Origin: Trichosphaerium sp. ATCC 40318
Taxonomy: Eukaryota > Protista > Tubulinea
NCBI GenBank assembly: GCA_038496445.1
Contig: JALMLS010000438.1
Span: 62,001 to 126,000, forward strand
Length of the DNA stretch: 64,000 nt
Direction: 5' to 3'
Shown: piece after piece, positions 51,807 to 64,000 of the stretch
How the letters are laid out: each line of letters opens with the position of its first letter
Position numbering within the stretch: the stretch's first letter is position 1
Made by a program: the position numbers and the translations under genes
The notes under the pieces: generated by a model
What the model saw: only the letters and a program-made list of their open reading frames with translations
Databases searched by the model: none
Told to the model about the DNA's origin: nothing

Positions 51807-54800
51807 TGTTGTTTTGTATGTGATAAAGTTGAAATTATGGTTTTTGGTGGCCTTAGTTTTTCACAATGAAATCTGACCAAATTTGGTGGTTCACCTGAAC
51901 TTTTCTTGATTCCTATTCTGATGAAAATCCTCAACTTTTGTTATCGTTTAGAACCATTATAAAATAACTAATTGAGTGGTTTTTCAAAGCTTTTGTTTTG
52001 GAGACTTGTGTTTTTCGGCCAAACTATATTTTTTATTTTTCGTTTACGCGTCACCTTCATATTATTTATTATTGTTTATAAATACTCTAGTTGTTATCTC
52101 CACGCATAAAATAGTTGTTTTGAACAATTACCGATCGATGTCTAAAGCGGGAACTCAGGGAACAAAAAAAGTACCTCAAAGCAAGAAAACTTCCAAGTAA
52201 CTAGAGATAAAGCCACGTTAATTAGTATTAGATAACGTTTTAACTCACTTTCACACCTCAGAACAATCTTTCGAAAATAATCGATTGGGTTCGCAAGTTT
52301 ACTGTAAATTGTAGTTTTTGTTCTGTACAAACTCAACAACGTATAAACAAGTGGTACTTTAAAAACTATTTTCGCGCTTTACGGAACTTTTTAGTTTTTA
52401 CGTTGTCCCAATTAGTAGCGACAGTAAACTCATACTAGAACACTAAAACGCTTACATAAGATATACAAGAACAACTAGAACACTAATTAAAGACAAAGAA
52501 CTGAATTTAAAAGGTTGGGGCATTCTTTTAATTTACGAAAATAAAAAACTTTTCGCTATTTATCAATTTGCCGTAAATCTCTTCACCGAAGATATATTTC
52601 TATTTCTATGCTACTGTACTACAGCAGTAATTCTATAAAAGAGTTATTGGGGTACTAGGCTGGGGTTGATGTTCGTTGAGAACTATAAACAGCTTGCTTT
52701 GAACTAGTCTCCTAAACCGTCCAAGTAGCTTTCTATCCGTCTAGTCTTCTGCTTGATAATTCAGATCGGGATTATCTTGATGCCCCAAACTACATAAAAA
52801 CTTCGCAAAAATGACATCACTTTGTAGTACTACAAACACCTTATGACAATTATTAACACTTGTTTTGCAAAACACCGTTTGGGAATTATGTACAACAAGA
52901 TTTCATACGTCGTAGAACGTATTGCCCTAACTATTCAAGTAGTTGTCTACCTTTATGTTGTTAACAAAGTCAAAGATTGCAACAGATACAATCAATTTGG
53001 ACTGGAACTCTCAACCGCACTCTTTGAAACGGGAACCAAAAAATCTTATTTTTTGGAAGAACATACTCAGTCACATGAGTATTCGGCTAAAACGTTCCTG
53101 AATAACCCACAACTAGACGACTATCAAACTACGTGCTCTATTCTTGTTTCTAGCGCTTATGGATACACTCATACTGAGATTAAACATAACCAACTATGTT
53201 GCACCAACGACAACCAGTTTATTAACCAAGTAGCGTTGACCAAGATACCACAATAGTTCATGGTTCCTACACTTACGAAATACCCTAACCACGAGATGGA
53301 ACAATCTCAAACAAACTTAAAAAAAGCAAACTCTACCTAGCGTACAGATTATTGGTGAGGATTGTGTTCAACAGTACATAAAGCGATGGATTAAAGGGAG
53401 CCAATTGCGAGATGCTAGTGTACGAATAGAGTAACCCCAGCGTTCAAGAACAGTTTTGCAACAAAAAAAGTTCCTCAACCACCTTCCAGTGCTTCCAACG
53501 AAAAACGTGACCTACACGTTGTTTGGGTGGTAATGCATATGAACGAAGAGTTAACGTTGAAATGGTAGGTATTGTTGTTTGGTTTGTTTAGTTATGGCGT
53601 ACTGGTATAGAAAGCAAGAGCTACCAAATTACAAAGCTAACTCACCTGTTAGAACAAAAAGTAAACCACTGATAGTGCGTCTCGCTGTGTTGTACAACGT
53701 AGTTGTTTCGCCATATCCATAGGTTTTTTTAGCTAAGCAACAAAACGATACACTCAGAGTGTCCCATGCGATTGTTGGTAGTGCTTAACCAAACAATATC
53801 CACTGCTTTAATCATTGTTATATTTGATGTTACAAGCAACGAAACGAGCGTTCTGAGCAAATTATGCTATGACCAAAGCGTTACATAACAGGACTGTAAC
53901 GCAAGCTGGAACGCGAAATTGTTATTACGCAACACTTTTTTGCTAATGAAACCATGAACAATTGCCACGGATGGCCTTGTTTGATATGACTCATGTTGTG
54001 CTAGGTATTCTAGTGTAAAGTTAGGAGGTTGGCAGTATAGGAAAAGCGTTATAGTACGATTTTATTGTAAACGTGCGTTGACAATGCAATCTTTAGTAAA
54101 TAAGTTCTAGTTTTGAACGAATCTTGTTTGACTTGGATAGTTTTTCGTTGCTTGCCACGATATCCAGTTACCATATACCCTGTGAAATCTAATGAGTAAT
54201 TACTGTTGTCGTAAGTTCTGTCCTTCTAGCTTCCATTGTGCTCCACCAGTGATTAGTATAAGAATATTTTAAGAACGTTGGATATCACGTGACAATTAGT
54301 TTACAGAGGAATCACGAGTTTTGTGTACTGTCACAGTATTCATAATTCCATTGCTTTAAATGGCTTTGTAAAACACAGTTTTAAACAAATGAAAGATGCC
54401 TCTTAGTGAATAGCTTTATAACAGAGTTTTATCTTCTTTTGGGGCCATAGCTACTTCTTTCCGCTTTCAAAGTGAGCAATTTGTTCTAGTAGAGAAGCTT
54501 TTCTTCATCTAGTGTCGTTATGTCTTTGTTTACGCTTACGTTTGTTCATTCAAGATTGTGAGTGTGGCTCTTTCTTTTTAATCTCACGATGTGTACAAAC
54601 ACCTAGAAAGCGGAAAGAAGTAACCCATAAAGAAACGCAACTTTTGCTTTAGTGCTTGATATTATTCACAATAACACTCTATCATTAATACGTGTTCCTA
54701 AATACATCTTAGAGTAATACTTCAAATTTATGAGTACAGAACCACATTTAGTTCGGAGAATAACCAGCAACAGTAGAGTAGTTGAATTGTGCTGCTTGGC

Positions 54801-54819
54801 GTTGCTTGTTCTTTGAATT

Positions 54820-55590
54820 ACTTTTCTTTAGGTTATACTCTCAGATAAGTTGACATTAGTTTGTTGGTGGTGAGTGATATTTCTTTTTAGGATAATAATA
54901 TCTTGCTCGAAGGTATTGACGCTTTTTGTTAGGCTGGCAATCTTGTTGCTTTGCATTGGTTGCTGTAAATTCTCGTAAGTTTGCTAATGTGTAACTCTTC
55001 TTTAGTTGATCAACCTCATGCTTTGCTTCCTGTAATTCGTACTTGATTGGTAAACTGTTCAATTCACATCACGGGCATCCCAAAAATTTCTAGTACGAAT
55101 AATATAAGCTTAAAGAAGCAAAGAAATTGTAATGTCTTACCGGTTGTTAATACAATTGTCAGTTTGTTTGTTTCTCCTTTCTTTGTCTTGTTTTGTTTTC
55201 TTATTTTACTGTGCTCTTTTGGTTCAAGTTTGAGAACATAGCTGGTAACGGCTTGATACTCTGCTAAAGTGGAATCACCAAAGTGAATACCATGTGAATG
55301 GTTGTGTACAGCAAAGTAGATGCCTTGACCATAGTATCCAGCATACAAAGAACTTACAGTTCCAAAACCAGCCTTGACAATACTGTGAGCTGCTTTCTCA
55401 GTTGTTCCATGAACCATCAATATCACTGGTAACTAAACGACAGGTATGTGAGTTTACGATACTTTTTGAGAGCTATACCTCTTCTTTTGGATCGCTTCAA
55501 TATCAGTATTTTGATTTTGTTGAGTGGGTGTTGCATTGTATTTTAGATTGACACATAAAATCAATATATGACATTGAACGTACGTGCTTT
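54820..55590 (-). pseudogene. Ankyrin-ART family relic (copy C): catalytic-domain fragment with deletions
   Basis: LMVHGTTEKAAHSIVKAGFGTVSSLYAGYYGQGIYFA jumps to QAVTSYVLKLEPKE, so the exons carrying the catalytic Glu are missing. Frameshifted coiled coil; no ankyrin exons upstream. Confidence 0.85.
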
Positions 55591-57697
55591 TGAGTCGTGG
55601 GTATTAGGTACGCTCAACATATTTTCAGAGCTGCGCTGACTAACTTGTAAAGTGCACGTTAAGTAAATGGACAGAAAAACGCTTCGCCGTGTAAACTTGC
55701 AACCGAAAAAAAAGTTGCCAGGTTTCATAAAGAAACAAAAAATACTAAACGCATAGTTCAGCTAATTGTTAATACAAGAATAGTCGGCACACAATAAAGA
55801 TGTTGTACGAACACCCATAGGTTGTACTACACAATACTTTTGTGGTTGCAAGGGGAATCCCAGACTGGTCATTTCGAGAACTGTTGCTATCAATCGCTTT
55901 TAATTATTTAAACAATTTGAGTGTTTGTGCGCAGGACTTAAGTTTCATGCTGTCTTTTTCTCATGCACAATGCTCAACTCGTGCTCTGAATATCAGTAAC
56001 CAAAACATGCACGGGATAGGTGAATCCTCAAAAGTTGGGCAGGAAAGGTTCTCTTAGAAGTGTACAGATACATTAAATCTGCTGATGTATTGCAGTATTT
56101 TATGTAGGTACGCTTGTAAATACTACACTCATCAAAGAAGAGCCCAAACGAACGAAACCAAAAGGATATGAATTACTAGTTATTGTTATCGTACTACTCT
56201 GCCACAGTACAAAATGTGAAATAAAAATAAAATGGTATGGGTTTTAAAATCACGTGGTCCTAGTGCAAATTCATAATTTCTCCCCAGCAAGCTTACAATA
56301 GCATGGATCATGTCAAACGTTGGACCTGCTAATTCTAGCAAAATTGTCAGTTCTGAAAGAACTAACAGAATTTGCAAGATCTGATTAAACTCGAAAACCA
56401 TGCGTCACAAACAGCGAAAAGTTGCAAAGTTCAGCAACTTGAACGATATTAACAACAACCTAGTCTACATTGCACATGATTTATGTCGTTAGCAACGATT
56501 CTATACTATTAGTGCCTACAGCATTTGGAGCGCAACAGCGCTACGCCAAGTGTATTCCGACGTGCACAGGCAATACTATTGCCATCGCTGAGTCATGATT
56601 GAAGCAGAGCTAAACGGCAATACGTAGTACTTTTGGGCAACTTCAAACGTTCTGAATAGAAATATGCATTTCATTTACAATAATAAACGAGTTGTAAGGC
56701 TCAATACGCCTCTTGAACAGGTAACAGCAATCAAATTTGGTAAACGCGGGTTTCAACACAGACATTAAAAGGCTAACAAGAGACAAACCACTCAGCGGTG
56801 CCTTGGCGAAAACTAAACGCACAAGGATCAAAACAAAACAAAAAAGAGTTAAAACTAGAGGTGCAGTAGCTGAATAAGCGTTACTACTCTCTCCGCGCCT
56901 CTACAGTGTCCTCCGTGCAACTACTAGCATAAAATGTCAGAACGCTGATACTAAGTTAAACCTAACGCCTTACCTTGTATAATGATGCTACTAACCAATT
57001 TTTAGAGTCTTTGAGTAGTGGTGGACAAGAAAAGACAAAACTGCAACGGAGCTGCACGAGGTAACAGTAAACCCTTATCACTAACGAATGGGATACCTCT
57101 ACAATAAAAGCCAAACAAAGTTCAGCTAATACCCCTATGTTGTTGCAGCTTGGCCTTTTCTCGCTGAAAAAAGATTTGGTCGCACTTTTTCTCTAACGGC
57201 CAGTTTTTTAGATGACTAAAATAAAGGAAAGAACATGCCAAAAGGACTGTAAGCGCCTGTTTAGTGCATTTGAAACCTTTTTGAGGGCTTTAGAGTAGCA
57301 AAACCCTCAAAAACGCTCTAAATGGGTAAACATGACATCAATTGATGCGTGGATAAGGCTAAAGCAATTTATGTTTTATCGTGCTAAAATTACAGCCATG
57401 TTCACTAAGTAGTGTCAGCGAGTAGCCAAGTACGCCTTGAGGTAACACGTACAATCATGAAGACCTCTGTGAAAAAAAAAACAATACGTATACCTAGATA
57501 GAAATTGTGAAGGCTCTGAGTAATGACGAACTGAAAAAATGAGATTGTCGACAATCTTGTTTTTCTCTAATTCCGTCAATTCCAGTGTGCAAGCAGTCTG
57601 CTACGTCGTATCCATAAAAATAAAAGAAGAAATAGAGCTTAATTACAAGTGTATTTTATTGATAGACAGGTTTTTTTTATTCAGCTGGAGTAAAGCA

Positions 57698-58138
57698 CTA
57701 TTCCCAATACCATCTTTTGATCTTTTTGACACCAACATGAACACAGTAACGAAAATCACACTTATTGGATACTGTTGCGAATACTTGTAAGTTGTTTTCT
57801 CCTTCTTTAAACTCGAATGATACAAGTACTATCGTATAAACAGGAGTACGGCGCCACCGAGAGAGATATATACAAAGAACGCCGTCAACTCCGTTAGTAC
57901 CCATTGTAGATAGCTCCTTCACTGTTGGAAACACTTGATGCGCCCAGGGGTTCAATCCAACCGTTTTAGCTGAAGGACACATAACTTCCTCCCAATCATA
58001 CCCATCCTTGTCCATGTCTTCTTCTTCTATATCTAGCGTATACGTGTATCTTTTAGTCTTTACATTGAGTTTTGCGCTAGAATGCATACAAAACAACGTA
58101 ATACAAAGAACAACAAGCAACAAGATATTGTTTGTCAT
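57698..58138 (-). CDS. Small putative secreted protein, unknown function
   Basis: 146-aa ORF with signal peptide MTNNILLLVVLCITLFCMHSSA and several Cys; the 3' end might extend by splicing. Confidence 0.5.
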   Translation of the reverse strand: MTNNILLLVVLCITLFCMHSSAKLNVKTKRYTYTLDIEEEDMDKDGYDWEEVMCPSAKTVGLNPWAHQVFPTVKELSTMGTNGVDGVLCIYLSRWRRTPVYTIVLVSFEFKEGENNLQVFATVSNKCDFRYCVHVGVKKIKRWYWE

Positions 58139-60037
58139 TTTGTGGGCGTTTGCTTGGATGATAAGAGCAATTGACCAATTGTAGGTCTCACTTTCCGAAT
58201 AAAGAAATGAAAGACCCTAAAAAAGAAAACACAACTTTTACGAATTTTGATTCTGGTTTGTATCTCGTGGAGTATACTTTGAAGTTTAACTACATGGAAG
58301 AAAACTTGATTCATCATGGCGAGTGCAACACTTGCCATAATGACAAGTTGATAAAAAGCGTCATGTCAAAGGTGACTCATACCTCTATTACTATTCTCTT
58401 TACCACTTTGGAAATGCTGTGTAGTGCACAGTTTTTGAACATGAAGTAAGAAATAGCGAATACCTGAAATTGCAAAAAAAAATTTTAGTATGCTTTGAGT
58501 TTGTAAAACGTGGGTCTCACACTTTGTGTCCAAGCTCTCAAGCCAACAAAAAAGATCTTCCTGTTGCTTTTAGGAACCAACGGACGATAAGTATACTTGC
58601 TATCAACGTAAAGTAAGCTACACTGCAATATACAAGTTAAACTACAAACTCTTTGCTACTGATGTACAAAATAGCTTCTTTATGACGATTGAACTGGCAA
58701 TTGACACAGCGTAAAAACTATTCAAACGTACTTACATCTTTTCTGAACCTGTTTGGAGGATTGCAGCAGGAGCACGTGCCAAATTATTCCCGAATTTTCG
58801 GTACTTTTTTCCGTTTAAAGTAAAAAACCGCCGGTTAAGTATTGTGTAGCGAGCTCTATCTCACTTCTGTAGCGAGTGGTTGTGGTTTTAGATACTTGCG
58901 TCTGCTCTCTGTCGTATTTGCTATAACGTCTTACTACCACGACACCAAAATAGTACAAACACACTCGCTGTTGGAGGCGGAACCTTATACGACAGGTAAA
59001 GCACAAAGTGATTTAGTAAAGCCGTTCTAACTTTTTGAAGTTCAAGCGTTTGCAATATCTCTGCTTGTATCAAAAGATCCTGTAAATGAAGTATGGTACG
59101 TAAATGAAATGACAAACCCATCTTTACATTGACGCTTTGACACATTTTGACATTTTTGACATGTGTCAAATGACCAATTCAAATGTGTCGAAAAGCCAAT
59201 AATTCAAACTGTTTATGATGTATGTACTTTCTTTTATCTCGACACTATATACCAAATGCTTCTTGCAAACTTATCTACACTTGTTCTAATAAGTAGAATA
59301 CTTTCATATAACGTACAAGACACTTTTTTTACCTCTGCTGGTTTTTTTTCATTTTCTTTGAAAGATGACTTGCCGTTCAAGTTGTAACAAGTTGTTATGG
59401 ATATATACTGTTACGTATTAACGCTGTTACAGTCTCACCCTATACCACAAGAAGAAAGCTTTGCACCAGAAACAGGTAAGAATTGCAGCTTGAAAGTTGA
59501 AATCTTCTTCATGTTGCTTCAAACCTAACGGAAAGCGGAGACGCTAGAGAAATACATTACCTCACTTTTGAAAAATCAAACGCCTGGAAAGCGCGAAGAA
59601 GTAACCGGATAACGTGTACTTGATAACTAGTGTCACTGCAAAAAAATTGAACATACTAAAAACAAGTGTTAATAAAGAAAAATCTTTGTCACATGTGAGG
59701 TAAGGTCATACAAGGTCTCACATATGAACTTTGTAGACTTTACTGATTGTATATGCATTTCGTAACCACAACGTATTTTGTAGCAAAGCGGTGTATGTGT
59801 TTGGTAACTTATTTGAAATTTAGACTATTCAGAGATTGTGAAGCTGTACTTTCTACACGCTTGCCGTACTTTTGGTAAAATTGAACTTTAGAAGTAACTA
59901 TGTGAGCAAAAGTTCAAAGATATGCCTCCTAAAATCCTGGCTGGAAAAGTACCATCCGTTGTTATGACACGTGTAAACAAAGAGTATAATAAGGTTGTTT
60001 ATTTATGCTAATTAATATTGGTATAGGTTATGGAAGA

Positions 60038-63000
60038 CTACTTCTTAGCACCTTCAAGGCGAACTATTCTGGCAAGTAGAACCGCGTTGGTCTTATGAAG
60101 GGTAGTCACGGTTTTTGATAACTTGATAATGTCTTTATGCTTAGTTGAGTTGTCTTGCTTCAGGTTGGCAATGTGATGTTGTTGTTTTGTATTGGTTTGC
60201 TGTAAATTCTTGTTACTCCTCCTTAACTTCTCTACTTCTTGTTCAAGATTGACATAATTGCTACTAAATAGTTTGTCACTACTTGTGTCTACATAATGGA
60301 CAGCCCACAATTTCCTAGCATACAACAATAAGTTTAAAGAACAAGAAGAAATTGTAAACTCTTACCGGTTACTAATAAAATCATCATCAGAAAGATCATC
60401 ATTAGAACCATCATCAAGCTCTGAAACTTGATCTTTTTTAGTTTGTTCGTTTGCACCTTTTTTATCTCCTTTCTTGGGTTTAGTTGTTTTGTTTCCTTTT
60501 TTACTCTGCTCTTTTGGTTCAAGTTTGAGAACATAGCGGGCAACGGCTTGGGTATCTGATGACAGAATGTTAGCCATACCGCACTATGTTACTTGTTTTC
60601 CGTGTACCTTGTCCAACAACAAGCTCATCATACACTGCATTGGTCACTTTATCTTCTGGGAGAGGTCTACCTTTGCGATCAACCAATGTGTAATGACTTT
60701 GGTATCCTGGTTTTATTGGTTGTCCTCTCAACTTGTCGGTTGGGTTTACCTTTTTACATTATCAATTAATACATAGTAATTAAAAGTATTGTTTGTGTAC
60801 AGGATATACATTGCCAGGAGTAACGAGACTCAAAATAACTGTTTTTCCTTTGGTTCCACCATTATCATACGAACAGGCATACTGTATACTCCGCTAAGTG
60901 GAAACAACAAGTGAATAGCATGCAACAATGTTGTTAACGTACTGTGAAGTAGATGCCTTGACCATAGTATCCAGCATCCAAAGAACTTACAGTTCCAAAG
61001 CCAGCCTTGACAATACTGTAAGCTGCTTTTTCAGTTGTTCCATGAACCATCAATATCACTGGTATCTAAACATCAGGTTGTGAGTGTAAGTACTTTATTG
61101 ACAATTACCCCTTTTTCAGAACTGTCTTTGTTATCAGTACTTTGATCTTGTTGAGTGGGAATGGCATTATATTTTCGATATACGCTCTCTTTGTACTTCT
61201 GATGGACATCCTCCCTCCAATCTTGCTTTTTAAACAATGCAGGCAGTTCTCTACAAAAATTATACAGCTCAATTACAGCAAAACTGATGTAAAACAAACA
61301 TACTGATGCCTATGCTTTACTATTTTGTTGAATCGACCAAAGTTGTCTGTCAAGATTTCATTGTAAACAAGAGTCGCTTCAATGATATTGTATTGATCAT
61401 AGCCATGCATTTTTGACATCTCTTGTTTGAGGATCTTGAATTCTCTTACAGCCACTTTGTCACTTTTGTCAAGAAGATTCAGTGTTCTGTAGTGTGTCGC
61501 TTTTGTAACAATACCTCTTTATTCAACAAAAATGAATTACAGTAAGCTAATATGACAAACGTACATGCTTTTAGATCTGTCCCAAGTATGTGCAAAATAC
61601 AATCTTGGATTTATATCCCACCCGTTTTTACTGTTTAATCCTGTTTTTTTATTGTTAGTCATTAGTATTAACAACATGAACTTGTACCTGAATATGCTTC
61701 CTGTTGACGACACCACGCACCATTAGAGATATCATACAAGATGCCATCCATTAAATGTTCATCTCGTTTCCAAAAGTAGCGCTAAAAAGAGTTACAAAGT
61801 ACAAACATGGATTATACCTTTAACATATGTTTGGAATCGTATAAAGAACAAATTAAATAACAAATGCCTTTTTCCATTGCCAGTTTGAAATAATAGCACG
61901 TTGGCTAAAGGACAAATATGGTTAGTACAAAAACTTTATACTCCATTGTAGCGTACTAAGTATGAAAGCCATTCCTTAAGGTTTTTTTTAAAAGCAAAGT
62001 TTGATGAACAAGAATTCCACAGCGCCTTGCATTGTTTACCACTTGGACAGTGTTTTAAGAAAGTTACAAATGCTTCAACAGATGCTGGGGCATTTGATAC
62101 AACTCGCTTAAGTAACAAGAAAAGAAAGTCTTGCCACTTCTTTTCGGCTGGTGTAATAACTACAACAGTTATGTACTTGTGATATGTAGTGTTAATGCAG
62201 CACCTGAATAAGCGTTGTTTTTTTCTTTATCAACAGAATCAGTATTTGTCTTAACTTTGTAGAATAGTGGCAAAATTCTATTGTGTTGGCATTGCACTGA
62301 ATAGTAATGTGAGCAACCAAATGTTGTATTTCAATATGTATAGCGTATATGACATTACCTGCCCAAATCAAAGCTGTATCGCCATGTTTATCAGCAGCAT
62401 CAATATTTGCGCCAGCTTTCATCAACATTAATATGATTTTACCATGTCCAGTGTATGCTAAGTAGCATTAGCAAACACATGTTGTACATTATAATATTTT
62501 CATATCTGATATTACCTGCGTGAATCAAAGCTGGCCTTCCACAATTATCAGCAGCCTCAATATCTGCGCCAGCCTTGATTAATATTGATACGACTTCACT
62601 GTGTCCGCGGTATGCTAAATAGTAACGTGAATAAATATGTTGTATTGCATACGTCATATGACATTACCTGCCCAAATCAAAGCTGTATTTCCACCAAAAT
62701 CCTTAGCCTCAATATCTGCGTCAGCATCACTTAATAATATTGATACGATTTTATTGTGTTGGTTTGGTTCTTCGAGGTAATGTGTTGTATCAATTGCATG
62801 CATCAAAGCTGTTTTGCCATATATATCAACAGCATCAATCTTAACGTTGGCATTGATTAACATTGATATCACTTCAGGTGTACCGTTTCTTGCTAAATAA
62901 TAGCATAAGCAAAGACGTTTTGTGTATATGCTAACCTGCGCCCATTAAAACTGTCATGCTGGTATTATCAATAGTGTTCACATTTGCATTGGCCGTGATT

Positions 63001-64000
63001 AACATTGATGCGATTTCACTATGTCCAAGTGATGCTAAATAGTAGCATTAGCAAAAAACATTTAGTATTTTATATTTTATGTGTGATATTACCTGCATTA
63101 ATCAAAGCTGTTCTTCCGTATATATTGACAGCATCAACTTTTGCACTTTTTTTGATTAATATTGATGCAATATTAACATGTCCATTGTATGCTATATTAT
63201 AAGATAAAAAAACACAGTATATTTCACATGTGACATTACCTGCATGCATCAAAGCTGTATTGCCATCTTTATCAACAGCCTCAATATTTGCGCCAGCACT
63301 GATTAATAATGATACAATTTTAGAGATTGTAAAGCATGTTTGTGCTACATAGTACGATGAGCAATATGTTGTATATTGACATTACCTGCAATAATCAATG
63401 CTGTCCTTTCACAATTATCAACAGCGTCAATTTTCGCTTTCTTATTGATTAATATTGATACGACTTCACTGTGTCCGTGGTATGCTAAATATTAATATGA
63501 GCATGTTTGTATCTCATATGTGACAGTACCTGCTCCCATCAAAGCTGTTGTTCCATATTTATTAGCAGCGTTAATATTTGCGCCAGCATTGACCAATATT
63601 GATACGATGTTACTGTGTCCGCGGTATGCTAAATAGTAATATGAGAAAACGCATGTGCTGCATTTCATAAGTGACATTACCTGCACAAATCAAAGCTGTT
63701 TTTCTAAATTTAGTAAAAGCCTCAATATTTGCGCCAGCATCGATTAATTTTGATACAACTTCACTGTATCCATTGTATGCTAAATTATACAATAAGCAAC
63801 ATACGTGGTATTTCATATGTAGCTTTACCAGCGCATATCAACGCTGTGTTGCCACATTGATCAACAGCCTCAAGATTTGCTTTGGCATTGATTAATTTTG
63901 ATACAACTTCACTGTGTCCATTGTATGCTAAATTATACAATAAGCAAACACTGTTTTTCATATTTAGCATTACCTGCACAAATCAAAGCTGTGTTTTTAT
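60038..64000 (-). CDS. Ankyrin-repeat / ADP-ribosyltransferase / coiled-coil protein (copy D, >=13 ankyrin repeats), 5' end beyond window
   Basis: Ankyrin exons at ~150-nt period over 62200-64000; intact VHGT, GIYFT and YDELVV; ends ..LLARIVRLEGAKK*. Confidence 0.87.

Noticed and set aside
52843-53256. 137-aa ORF in a long intergenic region
   Set aside because: No recognisable motif or splice structure; may be decayed sequence.
58150-59520. Possible multi-exon minus-strand gene
   Set aside because: Splice-like signals are present but no consistent open frame or motif could be assembled.

Overview
AT-rich, intron-dense eukaryotic (protist-like) genomic DNA with short introns, mostly ~40-100 nt with GTACGT/GTAAGT-type donors. 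The unspliced ORF track therefore fragments most genes; gene models below were spliced by eye and boundaries are approximate. Housekeeping-type genes (RhoGAP, mitochondrial inner-membrane peptidase, fused triphosphatase-guanylyltransferase capping enzyme) are interleaved with a rapidly evolving, conflict/immunity-like set. That set comprises a PARP-like ADP-ribosyltransferase at the left edge, a cluster of F-box/LRR genes, a Crinkler-like REase+kinase gene, and four copies of an ankyrin-repeat + H-Y-E ADP-ribosyltransferase + coiled-coil family in which nearly every ankyrin repeat is its own phase-1 exon. Two highlights: (1) that ankyrin-ART family, with variation concentrated at DARPin-type binding positions, variable repeat number, an apparent gene-conversion tract and an exonised intron; (2) a secreted Reeler-domain protein whose internal TM/second signal peptide would expose a new N-terminal His on an LPMO-like (histidine-brace) domain. 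Several displaced gene fragments are also present (pyruvate carboxylase piece, 3' copy of the Reeler/LPMO-like gene, PHD finger). No rRNA, tRNA or CRISPR array was recognised. All family calls come from motif recognition, not database searches. Single-base frameshifts may be assembly errors.
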